From contig CAYRWE010000002.1 of the NCBI GenBank assembly GCA_964427655.1, positions 1,464-65,463 of the forward strand: a DNA stretch of 64,000 nucleotides, in the 5' to 3' direction. The notes under the pieces were generated by a model. That model saw only the letters and a list, made by a program, of their open reading frames with translations, did not search any database and was not told where the DNA came from. This stretch comes from an uncultured Solibacteraceae bacterium. Its GTDB lineage: Bacteria; Acidobacteriota; Terriglobia; Bryobacterales; Bryobacteraceae. Made by a program: the position numbers and the translations under genes. Each line of letters opens with the position of its first letter. Position 1 is the first letter of the stretch. This document shows, in pieces, positions 54,576 through 63,957 of this stretch.

Positions 54576-56740
54576 GGCCGCTTCTGCAACTCTTCCGGCT
54601 TGAGGCCCGCGTTCAGCTTCCAATCCGATACCGTGATCTCGCCGAACGGCGACCCGCCCTGGCTGATCCCCATCTTGTACGGCACCTTGATTCCGCCGAT
54701 CTCCCGGTAATCCGCGAAGGTCTGCTCCACGGTCATCGGCGGACCCGCCAGGTTCACCGCGTGGTACCGCACGGCCTTCGCCAGCCCGGTCGCCGGATCG
54801 AAGATCAGTTGCGCCTCTTGGCCCGCGCCATCGGTGATCTCCACGGCGTTTTCCCCTACCGCGTTCACCTTACGGCCCGGAATCCGGTCGCTCAGCAGCA
54901 TGCTGAAATACACCCGGAACAGGTCTCCCGAGGCCTGCGTCAGCGCGGGACCGCCCAGCGCTCCGGAGCCCCGCGGCGTCACCATCCAGCCGCTCTTGCC
55001 ATCCGTATACAGCGCGATTGTGCCGATCGGCATCACGCTTACCTGCCGCAACTGGTTGGGTTCAATCCACGAGTTGGTCTGCTTCACCTGGAGCGCCCCG
55101 GCCGGCGGCGCGACCTTCAACTCCAGCGTCTGAACGTAGTCCCGCACGCCCGCCAGCTTATCCGCGCCTCCGGCGGCCTGCTGGGCCCGCGCCAGGATCT
55201 GTTTGCCCTTCTCCAGGCTGGCCGGATCGGCCTGCGCGGCCTCCTGCTTAGGCTCCGCGATGGTCAGGTCGACGTTGTGGACCGGCCCGCCCAAGCTCGC
55301 CAGCGGCTGCCCGAAATCGGCCGGATTGCCCACCGCCACGATGGTGAATTCCTCGGGCTTAAGATGTTCCTTGGCCGCTCGCAGAACGTCCGCGCGCGTC
55401 ACCGCCTGGAGCGCCGCCTGGTACTGCTGGATGAAATCCCGCGGGTATCCGTAATATTCGTAGGTCAGCATCCGCCCCAGCGTCTTGCTCTTGGTATCGA
55501 AGGCGAACACCAGGCTGTTGAGGGCCGTTTCCTTGGCCGTTTCGAGTTCCGCCTCGCTCACCTCCGCCGTGCGTACCCGGTCTACCTCCTCGCGCACCGC
55601 CTTGAGCGTCTCCACGGTCGAGAACGATTTCGTGCTGCCTCCGATCTCGAACAGGCCCGGATGATCGTAATCGGCTTCCCAATCCGCCGAGATGTCGTAA
55701 GCGTTCCCCATGCGCGTGCGCACCCGCTGGACCAGCCGGCTCTGGAATCCGCCGCCCAATATATCGGAGAGGATCTCGAGCGCCGCGTAGTCCTTGTCGC
55801 GGATCTCGCCGCCCAGGTGCCCCATCGCGAAAAACGTCTGCGTGACATCCTTCTTGGCCGCCAGGTACACGCCCGGCGCCGGTTTGGCTTCCACCTTCGG
55901 GAAGGCCGGAACCTGCGGCCGCTCCGCCGTCCAATCGGCGAAAAGCTTCTCGATCCGCGCCTTCATCTGCGCCGTGTCGAAATCGCCGCGCACAGCCAGC
56001 ATGGCATTCTTGGGGAAGAAGTAGCGGCTGTGGAACTGCTGTAAATCCGCTCGCGCGATCCGGTCCAAGGTGGCGTACTCGATCTCCCACCCGTAGGGAC
56101 TGTCCTTCCCGTACACCAAATTGGCGAATTCGCGGCCCTCGATCCCGTGGGCGTCGTCGTTGCGCCGCGAGATGGCGCTGCGCATTTGCGTACGGGCCAG
56201 CTCGATCTTATCCTCGCGGAATTCGGGGGCCGTTAGCACGTCCTTGAAAATCGCCATCACCTGGTCGGCGTCTTCCTTCAGCGCCGTGAACGAAACCGTC
56301 CCCGCCGTCTCGCCGATGTTCGATTCCACTGTGGCAGCCACATTTTCCAGCGCCACGTCGAGCTGGTCGCCGGTCTGGGAGTGCGTTCCACCCGTGCGCA
56401 TGACCGTTCCGGTCATGGCGGCCAGCCCGACTTTGTCTTTCGGGTCGAAGAGGTTGCCCGTGCGTATGCGGGCCGTGCCGTTGATTATGGGAAGCTCGTG
56501 GTCTTCCAGCAGGAATAGCCGCATCCCGTTGGGCAAGGTAAAGGTGGCCACCTGCGGAATCGGGATGGGCTTGAGCGGCGGGAACTTCAGATTCCGCACC
56601 GAAGGCGGAAGTGGAGTCTTGCTGGCCCCCTGCCGCGGTGGCGTGGTAGGCGGAGGCGTGGCGGTAACCGGGGTCTCGGCCGGCTTCTGCGCCAGCCCCG
56701 CTCCGGCCGCGAGCAACAGGATTGCGAGCGTCCGTTTCAT
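54572..56740 (-). CDS. M16 (pitrilysin) family peptidase subunit lacking HxxEH, with a ~240-aa C-terminal extension
   Basis: Signal peptide and two M16 domains. I did not find an HxxEH zinc motif. The tail from about residue 480 is not M16-like. Confidence 0.8.
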   Translation of the reverse strand: MKRTLAILLLAAGAGLAQKPAETPVTATPPPTTPPRQGASKTPLPPSVRNLKFPPLKPIPIPQVATFTLPNGMRLFLLEDHELPIINGTARIRTGNLFDPKDKVGLAAMTGTVMRTGGTHSQTGDQLDVALENVAATVESNIGETAGTVSFTALKEDADQVMAIFKDVLTAPEFREDKIELARTQMRSAISRRNDDAHGIEGREFANLVYGKDSPYGWEIEYATLDRIARADLQQFHSRYFFPKNAMLAVRGDFDTAQMKARIEKLFADWTAERPQVPAFPKVEAKPAPGVYLAAKKDVTQTFFAMGHLGGEIRDKDYAALEILSDILGGGFQSRLVQRVRTRMGNAYDISADWEADYDHPGLFEIGGSTKSFSTVETLKAVREEVDRVRTAEVSEAELETAKETALNSLVFAFDTKSKTLGRMLTYEYYGYPRDFIQQYQAALQAVTRADVLRAAKEHLKPEEFTIVAVGNPADFGQPLASLGGPVHNVDLTIAEPKQEAAQADPASLEKGKQILARAQQAAGGADKLAGVRDYVQTLELKVAPPAGALQVKQTNSWIEPNQLRQVSVMPIGTIALYTDGKSGWMVTPRGSGALGGPALTQASGDLFRVYFSMLLSDRIPGRKVNAVGENAVEITDGAGQEAQLIFDPATGLAKAVRYHAVNLAGPPMTVEQTFADYREIGGIKVPYKMGISQGGSPFGEITVSDWKLNAGLKPEELQKRP

Positions 56741-58257
56741 CGGTTGCCTCCCCCACTGGTGACTGTCTGGGATGCCTGCCCGGCAGTCTGGATATAGGCG
56801 ATCGTGCGCTGCGCGGTAACGAAGTATTGCCGCGCCACCCGCTGCAAGTCTTCGGGCGTGACTTTGTTATACTCGTCCAGCGTCGTGAACAGCTTCCGCC
56901 AGTCCCCGTAGGCCGCATAATACGTCGTCAGCAGCGAAGCCAGCTCGGCGTTGTTGTCGAGCTGCCGGATCACCGAAGCGCGCGCCTTGGTCTTCACCCG
57001 CGCCAGGGTATCGGCATCCACCTTGCTTGCCTCCATCTTGGCCAGCAGCTCGTCGAGCGCCTTCTGGTCCTCCTCAACCGTATGGCCCATCGTGGGCGCC
57101 ATGAAAAACAGGAACAGGTTGGGATAGCGTCCGTCCGGGAACGTGGATTCCGATTCGGCCGCCAGGGCGATTTGCTTGTCCTCTACCAGATCCTTGTACA
57201 TCAGGCCCGTACGCCCGCTCGAAAGCACCAGCGAAAGCAGGTCGAACACCGGATCGTCCTTGTCTGTTTCGGAAGGCCTGTGATAGCCCACCAGCATCAT
57301 CGGCTGGCTGGGCGACGCCACCACCGACATCCGCGGCCCCGGCTGCTCCGGATCGACCGTGTGGACCAGCGGCGGCAGCGGGCGCTTGGGCAGCGGCCCG
57401 AAGTAGCGATCCGCCATGCGCCGCGCCTCCGCGGGATTCACGTCCCCCACGATGGCGATCGCGATGTTGGCCGGAACATAGTATTTTTCGAAGAACGCCT
57501 GCGCCTCGCCCCGCCGCAAAGTCACCACGTCGCTGGGCCATCCCGCCGGCGGATTGCGATACGGCGCCGCCTCGAACGCAGACGCCAGGAACTCCTGCGA
57601 CAACTTGCCCTGCGGACTCGATTCGACGCGCATGCGCAGCTCTTCCATCACCACATCGCGCTCTTTATAGAACTCGCGGAATACGGGGTGCAGAAAGCGC
57701 TGCGATTCCATCAGGAACCACAGTTCGATGCGGTTGGAGGGCAGGCTGTAGAAATACTGCGTGGAATCGAGCCCCGTGGCGGCGTTCAGCCCCACTCCGC
57801 CGTTCTCCTCGATGATGCGCGTGTACTCGTTGGGCTCGACGAACGCCTGGGCCCTATCGATGGCCATTTTCAACTGGGTCTCGAGGCCCGTGATTTTGCC
57901 GGCGTCGGCTTGGGGGCCTTTGTTGCGTTCGGCGTCCAGCCGGTCGTAGGCCTCTTCGATGGTATCGAGCGCCTTCTTTTCCGAGGGCCAGTCGCGGGTT
58001 CCCACGGTCTCGGTGCCTTTGAAGGCCATATGCTCGAACATGTGCGCAAGACCGGTGGCGCCACTGGGGTCGTCCACGGATCCCGCATTGACGTAGGTGT
58101 GGAAAGAGACCACCGGCGCCTCGTGGCGCTCCACAACGATGAAGTGGAGACCATTGGGCAGGGTGAACTCGGTAACCTTCTTTTCAAACTCATGGAGGTC
58201 CTGGGCCGCAAGGGAAAGCGGCAGCCACAGGATGGCAAACAGACGAAGTGCTTTCAC
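56737..58257 (-). CDS. M16 family zinc peptidase (catalytic subunit)
   Basis: GLAHMFEHMAFKGT (HxxEH), signal peptide, 4-nt overlap with the partner gene. Confidence 0.9.
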   Translation of the reverse strand: MKALRLFAILWLPLSLAAQDLHEFEKKVTEFTLPNGLHFIVVERHEAPVVSFHTYVNAGSVDDPSGATGLAHMFEHMAFKGTETVGTRDWPSEKKALDTIEEAYDRLDAERNKGPQADAGKITGLETQLKMAIDRAQAFVEPNEYTRIIEENGGVGLNAATGLDSTQYFYSLPSNRIELWFLMESQRFLHPVFREFYKERDVVMEELRMRVESSPQGKLSQEFLASAFEAAPYRNPPAGWPSDVVTLRRGEAQAFFEKYYVPANIAIAIVGDVNPAEARRMADRYFGPLPKRPLPPLVHTVDPEQPGPRMSVVASPSQPMMLVGYHRPSETDKDDPVFDLLSLVLSSGRTGLMYKDLVEDKQIALAAESESTFPDGRYPNLFLFFMAPTMGHTVEEDQKALDELLAKMEASKVDADTLARVKTKARASVIRQLDNNAELASLLTTYYAAYGDWRKLFTTLDEYNKVTPEDLQRVARQYFVTAQRTIAYIQTAGQASQTVTSGGGNR

Positions 58258-58502
58258 GTTAGATCCACAAACTCCTGCTGTTAAGAGAATAGCAGGGGCC
58301 GCCCGCGGCTCAGACCGTGTGGCGTGCCGCCGCCCACTTTACGGCCGCGCGCGGCCGCCGCGAGACTCCCAATTGATCGCCCGCCCTCAAGACCCCGCCA
58401 TGGAACCGCAAGTACCGCGCAAGTACCGTCATTACTGTTGTTTCCAAATCCCCACCGGCATAATCGAAGCGTTCCTACGAGAGGAACGGAGAGACCACCC
58501 TA

Positions 58503-58955
58503 ATGAACCCGATTGCGACCTGGGAAGAAGCGCAAAGCCGGACCGATGCGATCACCGGAGATCGCCGGCACGATCGCCGGTACGACATCGAACTCGAACT
58601 GCGGTGGAAGCTGATCCGCCGGCGAAAGGTGCTGGAAACGGGCGTCGGCCGGACCGTGGACCTGAGCAGCGGCGGCATCCTGTTCGATGCCGGGCGCGAT
58701 CTACCCGTGGGCCTGAGCGTCGAACTCTCCGTCTCCTGGCCGGTCCTGCTGCACAACGTCGCTCCGCTGCAGCTAGTGGTCTCCGGGCGGGTGGTGCGCC
58801 GCGAAGGGCGCCACGCGGCTCTCCGCATCGCGCAGCACGAGTTCCGTACTATGTCCAGCGCCACGGAGCGCCGCCAGCCCCAATCCCAACTGCACACCTC
58901 GGCCCCACCCTTCGCCGGTGTGACGACCATGCCGAGGACCTGGACCCGGCAGTAG
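58503..58955 (+). CDS. PilZ-domain protein (candidate c-di-GMP receptor)
   Basis: DRRHDRRY (RxxxR) followed about 30 aa later by VDLSSGGILF (DxSxxG). Confidence 0.75.
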   Translation: MNPIATWEEAQSRTDAITGDRRHDRRYDIELELRWKLIRRRKVLETGVGRTVDLSSGGILFDAGRDLPVGLSVELSVSWPVLLHNVAPLQLVVSGRVVRREGRHAALRIAQHEFRTMSSATERRQPQSQLHTSAPPFAGVTTMPRTWTRQ

Positions 58956-58981
58956 CTCTCTCCCGAGAATTGCTCAGCGCT

Positions 58982-59027
58982 GGGAGGGGACAGCTCAACC
59001 GCCGCCCCTCCCGTCAGCTTTTCTTTC
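58982..59027 (+). terminator. Hairpin GGGAGGGG-N15-CCCCTCCC followed by a T-rich run
   Basis: Stem at 58982-58989 / 59005-59012, T-rich ttttctttct at 59019-59028. It lies between convergent genes. Confidence 0.5.
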
Positions 59028-59056
59028 TCGTTCTATTCCCGGCAGGGCAGGAAGAA

Positions 59057-60406
59057 CTACCGGACGCGCCGCGCAAACGCGCTGTTGGTGACCGATGCGC
59101 TGGCGGGAGCGTCCGGGGGAAGCGCCGCGGATGCCGGCTGTTCGCCGGGCGGCGGCTCTTCTACCTTGGGGGGCTTGCGGTCCAGCCGGTCGGCAATCAG
59201 TTCCTGACGCGCCTTAGCGTAGCGGGGCGTGCCCGGTTTCCCCTCCACGGCGGCCCACTCCTCGGGAGAGATTTCCTGCAGGGCCGGCAGAGATTTCAGG
59301 TAGTAGTTGCGCAGCCTCTCCTGCACCTGCTTATAGCTTGAATGGTACAGCAGGAAGATCACTTCGTCGGGCGCCGCGGTAGAGACGATCTGGTATGCCT
59401 GGGAAGCCTTCCGGATGCGCGGAGCGCGCAGCGCCGCCTCCAGCTTCTTGGACCGCGCTTCGAGCTTTTGCCAAAGGTCCACATCCGGCTTCGCCAGTTC
59501 CAGTCCCTTGATGAAAGCCTGCTTCTCTTTGGGCGCCAACTTCTCGGTCAGTACGTAGAGGAACGGCCCCAGGCGGGCCGCGCGCGCGGCCGAGTCGTCC
59601 GGGAGCAGGCGGATGCCCTTCTCGTACTTGGCGATGCCCGCCTGGTTGCGCTTGGGGCCGGCCAGCACCGGCGAAATGAGCGCCAGTAAGCCGGCTTCTT
59701 CGAGCGCGTCCAGGATCTCGCCGGGGCTATCCTCGACCGCTATCTTCTTCATTTCCTCGCCCAAGGCGCGTACCGGAATGCTGCGCTCCACACCGGCTTC
59801 GCGCGCGTTGGCCACCTGCATCTTGGTGCGCTCTTCGATGCTGAAGCCCAGCCGCACACGGAACCGGATCAGGCGCAGCAGCCGCGAAGGATCGTCGTAA
59901 AACCCGTAAGCGCTGACAGCGCGCAGCTCGCGGCGGCCTATATCGGCCAGCCCGTTCATGGGATCGAGCAGCAGGCCGTGGGAGGCCTTATTGAGCGAGA
60001 GCGCGATGGCATTGGCGGTGAAATCCCTCCCTCGCAGGTCCTCCTGTATGGTGGCCGGGAATACCTGCGGCTTGGCCCCCGTGCGCGCATACTTTTCCCG
60101 CCGCGACATGGCGACTTGCGCCGTAACCCCGCCCTCGAAAACCAGTTCGGCGCTTTTTGTGGCTTCATCCGAGCGCACCAGCCGGGCCCCGGCGCGCTCG
60201 CACAGGCTGGCGGCCAGCTTAAGGGCCTGGCCTTCCACCACGAAATCCAGATCGCGAATCCGCAAGCCCGCCACCATGTCGCGCATGGCGCCGCCGGTCA
60301 GAAACAGATTCAGATTGGCCTCTGTGGCGAACTCGCGCACGGCCGCCACCACGCGATTCTGATCCGCGCTCAGGTGGCTTTCCAGCATGTAAATGTAATC
60401 GCTCAT
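59057..60406 (-). CDS. Class II nucleotidyltransferase (CCA-adding enzyme / poly(A) polymerase family)
   Basis: LTGGAMRDMVAG...RDLDFVV, RGRDFTANAI, DPMNGLADI, FYDDPSRLLRLIRF. The C-terminal half is divergent and no HD domain was recognised. Confidence 0.8.
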   Translation of the reverse strand: MSDYIYMLESHLSADQNRVVAAVREFATEANLNLFLTGGAMRDMVAGLRIRDLDFVVEGQALKLAASLCERAGARLVRSDEATKSAELVFEGGVTAQVAMSRREKYARTGAKPQVFPATIQEDLRGRDFTANAIALSLNKASHGLLLDPMNGLADIGRRELRAVSAYGFYDDPSRLLRLIRFRVRLGFSIEERTKMQVANAREAGVERSIPVRALGEEMKKIAVEDSPGEILDALEEAGLLALISPVLAGPKRNQAGIAKYEKGIRLLPDDSAARAARLGPFLYVLTEKLAPKEKQAFIKGLELAKPDVDLWQKLEARSKKLEAALRAPRIRKASQAYQIVSTAAPDEVIFLLYHSSYKQVQERLRNYYLKSLPALQEISPEEWAAVEGKPGTPRYAKARQELIADRLDRKPPKVEEPPPGEQPASAALPPDAPASASVTNSAFARRVR

Positions 60407-60445
60407 CGCGTGCGCTCCCGGCCTTCCTATCGGGCCCTCGATTTC

Positions 60446-61354
60446 TCAGGCCCGGGGGTGGTGCCTATCTACCGTCTGCCGAAGCCTCGACCGCATCACA
60501 TGCGTATAAATTTGGGTGGTCGAGATATCGGCGTGCCCCAGCATCGCTTGCACGCTGCGCAAATCCGCGCCGCCTTCGAGCAGATGGGTGGCGAAACTAT
60601 GACGCAGCACATGCGGCGTCAGCCCGTGAAAAATGCCCGCCTTCCGGCCGTATGCCGCCAGCAGCTTCCAGAAAGCCTGGCGCGTGAGGCAGCCGCCCCG
60701 CGCGGTTATGAAAAGATATCGGCTGGCGCGCCCCTTGAGCAAGCTGCCCCGCCCGTCCTGGAGCCACGCCTCGATGGCCCGCAGCGCTTCTTTGCCCACC
60801 GGCACCAGGCGCTGCTTATTCCCTTTGCCAGTGACGCGAACCACGCCCATGGCCGAATTCAGGTCGTTCACGCCCACGCGGCACAGTTCGGATACACGCA
60901 GCCCGGTGGCGTACAGCAGCTCCAGCATGGCGCGGTCCCGCAGGCCCGCCGGGCGTGTCACGTCGATAACCGCCAGAATCCGGTCGATCTCGTCCAGATT
61001 CAGGAACTTAGGAATTGTCTGCCACTGCTTGGGGAGACCCAGGTACGCGGTTGGATCGGCCTCCACCAGTCCCTCCGCCAGGAGATACCGGTAGAAGTTG
61101 CGTAGCGTAGTTAGGTGCCGAGCAACCGAACGCGGGTTCAAGCCGCGTTGGTATAAATGATCCAGATAAAGCCGTAGCGAGGCGGTTCCGGGGATCCCGG
61201 CGGCCTCCCCCTGGAACTCGCGAAACCTTTTAAGATCAGTAGAATATGCGTCCAGAGTCGGGCTGGCGAGGCCCTTCTCCACACGGCAGAAATTCAGGTA
61301 CGCGGCCATATGGACGCCCACCTGCGCGGTTTCCGCCGTAAACGCTCCGGACAT
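60446..61354 (-). CDS. xerD: Tyrosine recombinase XerD
   Basis: LTRQAFWK, LTPHVLRHSFATHLLEGGADLRSVQAMLGHADISTTQIYTHV and a C-terminal HHPRA as in E. coli XerD. Start trimmed to ATG 61354; alternative at 61309. Confidence 0.85.
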   Translation of the reverse strand: MSGAFTAETAQVGVHMAAYLNFCRVEKGLASPTLDAYSTDLKRFREFQGEAAGIPGTASLRLYLDHLYQRGLNPRSVARHLTTLRNFYRYLLAEGLVEADPTAYLGLPKQWQTIPKFLNLDEIDRILAVIDVTRPAGLRDRAMLELLYATGLRVSELCRVGVNDLNSAMGVVRVTGKGNKQRLVPVGKEALRAIEAWLQDGRGSLLKGRASRYLFITARGGCLTRQAFWKLLAAYGRKAGIFHGLTPHVLRHSFATHLLEGGADLRSVQAMLGHADISTTQIYTHVMRSRLRQTVDRHHPRA

Positions 61355-61414
61355 CGTGCCAATGATACAATAACCGCGGAAATGTTTGAAACATAGCCGT
61401 GAAAAAGAGGCGTC

Positions 61415-61897
61415 TTGCCGGGATCTACAACCAAAAAAGCGGTCGTCCGGCGGTTCGATAAGGAACCTTTGGCCGGCTATGTCAATCCCGATTCCTACCT
61501 TCAGCCCGCCGGCGTCGAGGTGCTTTCGGCTCAAGGCAACATCACCACGGTGCCGTACCCGGATATCAAGAGCATCGCCTTCGTGCGGGATTTCGAGGCC
61601 GGCGGCGAGCCCGGGCGGCGGGTCTTCAACGCGCGCCCCAAAATCGAGGGGCTATGGGTTCGCCTTCGGTTCCGCGACGGGGAGGTGATGGAAGGCGTAA
61701 TGCCCAACAATCTGCTGCACTTAGATCCCTACGGCTTCACCCTGATCCCGCCCGATCCCAACAGCCACCAGCAGCGCGTGTTCGTACCTCGGACGGCACT
61801 CGAGGCCGTGGATGTCCTGGGGGTGGTGGGCAGCCCGCTCACCAAGCGCAAAGCCAAACCCGCGCCCAAAGAGCAGATCGAACTGTTCGAGGAGTGA
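61415..61897 (+). CDS. Hypothetical protein
   Basis: 160 aa, good coding look, TTG start with AAGAGG upstream. No family recognised by eye. Confidence 0.5.
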   Translation: MPGSTTKKAVVRRFDKEPLAGYVNPDSYLQPAGVEVLSAQGNITTVPYPDIKSIAFVRDFEAGGEPGRRVFNARPKIEGLWVRLRFRDGEVMEGVMPNNLLHLDPYGFTLIPPDPNSHQQRVFVPRTALEAVDVLGVVGSPLTKRKAKPAPKEQIELFEE

Positions 61898-61902
61898 GCG
61901 CG

Positions 61903-62304
61903 TCAGGAGGCCCGGCGCAAGCGCTGGTGAACCTTCAGGATACAGCGGTCCATCATTACCGCCAGGCCCGCATCGGCCGCCCGGCTGGCAGCCTCTTCGT
62001 GGATTACGCCTTCCTGCATCCAGACAGCCTTGGCGCCCTTGCGGATGGCCGCTTCGACGATCTCCGGCACAAACTCCGAACGCCGGAAAATATCCACAAT
62101 ATCGATCTCTCCGGGAACCGAAGCCAGGTCCGGATAACACTTCTCGCCCAGGACTTCGGTCTCCTGGGGATTTACCGGAATCACGCGAAAGCCCGATCTC
62201 TTCAAATATTCCGCCACTCCATGGCTGGGGCGGCAGCGCCGGCCGGAGAGACCTACGACAGCAATAGTACGGGCCGACTCAAGAATCGCGAAGATCTTAT
62301 TCAT
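61903..62304 (-). CDS. CoA-binding domain protein (YccU/YneT-like)
   Basis: ARTIAVVGLS....RPSH.V..YL...G..VIPVNP...E.LGEKCY..L......IDIVDIFR. Start trimmed to ATG 62304. Confidence 0.8.
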   Translation of the reverse strand: MNKIFAILESARTIAVVGLSGRRCRPSHGVAEYLKRSGFRVIPVNPQETEVLGEKCYPDLASVPGEIDIVDIFRRSEFVPEIVEAAIRKGAKAVWMQEGVIHEEAASRAADAGLAVMMDRCILKVHQRLRRAS

Positions 62305-63049
62305 GCGGGCGGACTCCCGCGCCAGCGCGGCGCACCAGGGCACGCTTTAGCTTATCGACCTCCTGGGCGTCCAGATAGCGGAATCCGCCGGGCTTCAGGG
62401 GACCGATTTCCAGGGGCCCGATGCGGACCCGCTTGAGCTTCTCCACCAGAAGATCGAAGTGCTTGAACATCAGCCGGATCTGGTTATTGCGGCCCTCCTC
62501 GAGGCGGACCTCGTACCAGGGATTGGCGCCTTCCCGGATCAGCCTCAGGCCGGCCGGCATGGTGCGTCGGCCGGAGAGCGGGACGCCATCCCGGAAGCGC
62601 TGCTCCTGCTCGGCACTGAGCCGGCCGTTGACCTTCACAACATACGTCTTGGGTAAATGGGTCGCGGCCGACATGACCGCATTGGCCATTTCGCCGTCGT
62701 TGGTCAACAAGAGCAACCCCTCGCTGTGATAATCCAACCGCCCCACCGGATAGACGCGCTCCTTCACGCCGTGAAGCAATTCCATGACCGTGGCGCGGTG
62801 CTCCGGATCGGTGACCGTGGTCATGGTATTGTTGGGCTTATAAAGGGCGATATAGACCAGGCGCCGGGGAGGACGGACCAGGCGCCCATCCACCTTGATG
62901 TGGTCGCGATCGAGATCGGCTTTGGACCCCAATTCGGTCACCGCCGCTCCGTTCAGGGTCACACGCCCTTCGACAATCAACTTCTCGGCCTGCCGCCGGG
63001 AAGCGAACCCGGCGCGAGAGAGAATTTTCTGAAGCCGCTCTTCCGCCAT
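62297..63049 (-). CDS. rluB: 23S rRNA pseudouridine synthase (RluB/RsuA family, S4 domain)
   Basis: RLQKILSRAGFASRRQAEKLI.EGRV..NG (S4 domain), VYPVGRLDYHSEGLLLLTNDGE (catalytic Asp motif). Confidence 0.85.
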   Translation of the reverse strand: MAEERLQKILSRAGFASRRQAEKLIVEGRVTLNGAAVTELGSKADLDRDHIKVDGRLVRPPRRLVYIALYKPNNTMTTVTDPEHRATVMELLHGVKERVYPVGRLDYHSEGLLLLTNDGEMANAVMSAATHLPKTYVVKVNGRLSAEQEQRFRDGVPLSGRRTMPAGLRLIREGANPWYEVRLEEGRNNQIRLMFKHFDLLVEKLKRVRIGPLEIGPLKPGGFRYLDAQEVDKLKRALVRRAGAGVRPHE

Positions 63050-63957
63050 TATTCCTCCGGATTCTCAGGGGCAGCCGGCGCCTCGGCCGCAGCAGCCTCA
63101 GCAGCCGTAGGTGCCGGCTCGGCTGGTGCCTCGGAATCGGCGGATGCCTCGGATTCAGCAGGAACCTCGGCGGGCACCTCAGCCGTCGCGGGCGCCGGGC
63201 CCGCGGCAGTCTCGACAGATTCGGCGGCTGGCGCCGGGGGGATCTCGCTATCGGCGAAAGCCATGCGGCGGATCTCCTCGAACTCCTTGAGCGAAGGCAG
63301 CTCGCTCAAGTCCTTCAGTCCGAACTGGATCAGGAACTCCTTGGTGGTCTTATACAGCATGGGTTTGCCGATCACGTCCTTGCGGCCGGCCACCGCGATC
63401 AGCTTGCGGTCCAGCAGCGTCTTGAGAACGCCGGCGCCCTGCACGCCGCGAATCTCCATGATCTCGGGAGACGTCACCGGCTGCTTGTACGCCACCACCG
63501 CCAGCGTCTCCAGCGCCGGAAGCGAGAGCTTTATCGGCGCCTTCAGGCTCTTGACGAAACTGCGCACGGCCTCGTGGTGCTCCGGCTTGGTAGCCATTTT
63601 ATAACCGCCGGCCACCTCCCGTATGCTCAGGCCATGCTCCGGCCGGTCGAACTCGGCTATGAGCTGAGCCAGCACCGGCGCGATGCTCTCAACTGGCTGC
63701 TCCAGGCCGGCCGCGATCTGCGCCATCGTGAGCGGCTCTTCAGCCACGTAGATGAGCGCCTCCAGGACCGCCCGCAACTCGGCATTCTCCAGCGGAACGG
63801 CCTTCAGGCCCAAGTCCGGAGCGTCTTCGGCCAGCAGCTCTTCCATGGAGACCGAGGCTCTGTCCGTCGCGGCGGAGGCTGTTTCCTCCGGTTCCGCGGT
63901 GGTTTCGGGGTCCAAAGGCGCGACGGCTACCGGACCGGCCTCGGCGGGATCGTGCAC
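63049..63957 (-). CDS. scpB: Segregation and condensation protein B with an A/P/E-rich acidic C-terminal tail
   Basis: LEALIYVAEEPL....I, RGVQGAGVLKTLLDRKLI..AGRKDV.GKP.LY.TT..FL..FGL. The true start may lie upstream. Confidence 0.8.
   Translation of the reverse strand: MHDPAEAGPVAVAPLDPETTAEPEETASAATDRASVSMEELLAEDAPDLGLKAVPLENAELRAVLEALIYVAEEPLTMAQIAAGLEQPVESIAPVLAQLIAEFDRPEHGLSIREVAGGYKMATKPEHHEAVRSFVKSLKAPIKLSLPALETLAVVAYKQPVTSPEIMEIRGVQGAGVLKTLLDRKLIAVAGRKDVIGKPMLYKTTKEFLIQFGLKDLSELPSLKEFEEIRRMAFADSEIPPAPAAESVETAAGPAPATAEVPAEVPAESEASADSEAPAEPAPTAAEAAAAEAPAAPENPEE

Noticed and set aside
60446-61354. XerD as the integrase of the 29.5-32.1 kb islet
   Set aside because: It is 29 kb away, full-length and E. 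coli-XerD-like to the last residues (HHPRA), and sits among housekeeping genes. I take it to be the chromosomal dimer-resolution recombinase.
62335-62357. Partial match (GGGCACGCTTTAGCTT) to the hairpin element inside rluB
   Set aside because: Only the left arm and loop match; the right arm is TTATCG rather than TGCCC, so no hairpin forms. It is ordinary coding sequence on the opposite strand (…DKLKRAL…). It may be a decayed copy, but that cannot be supported.
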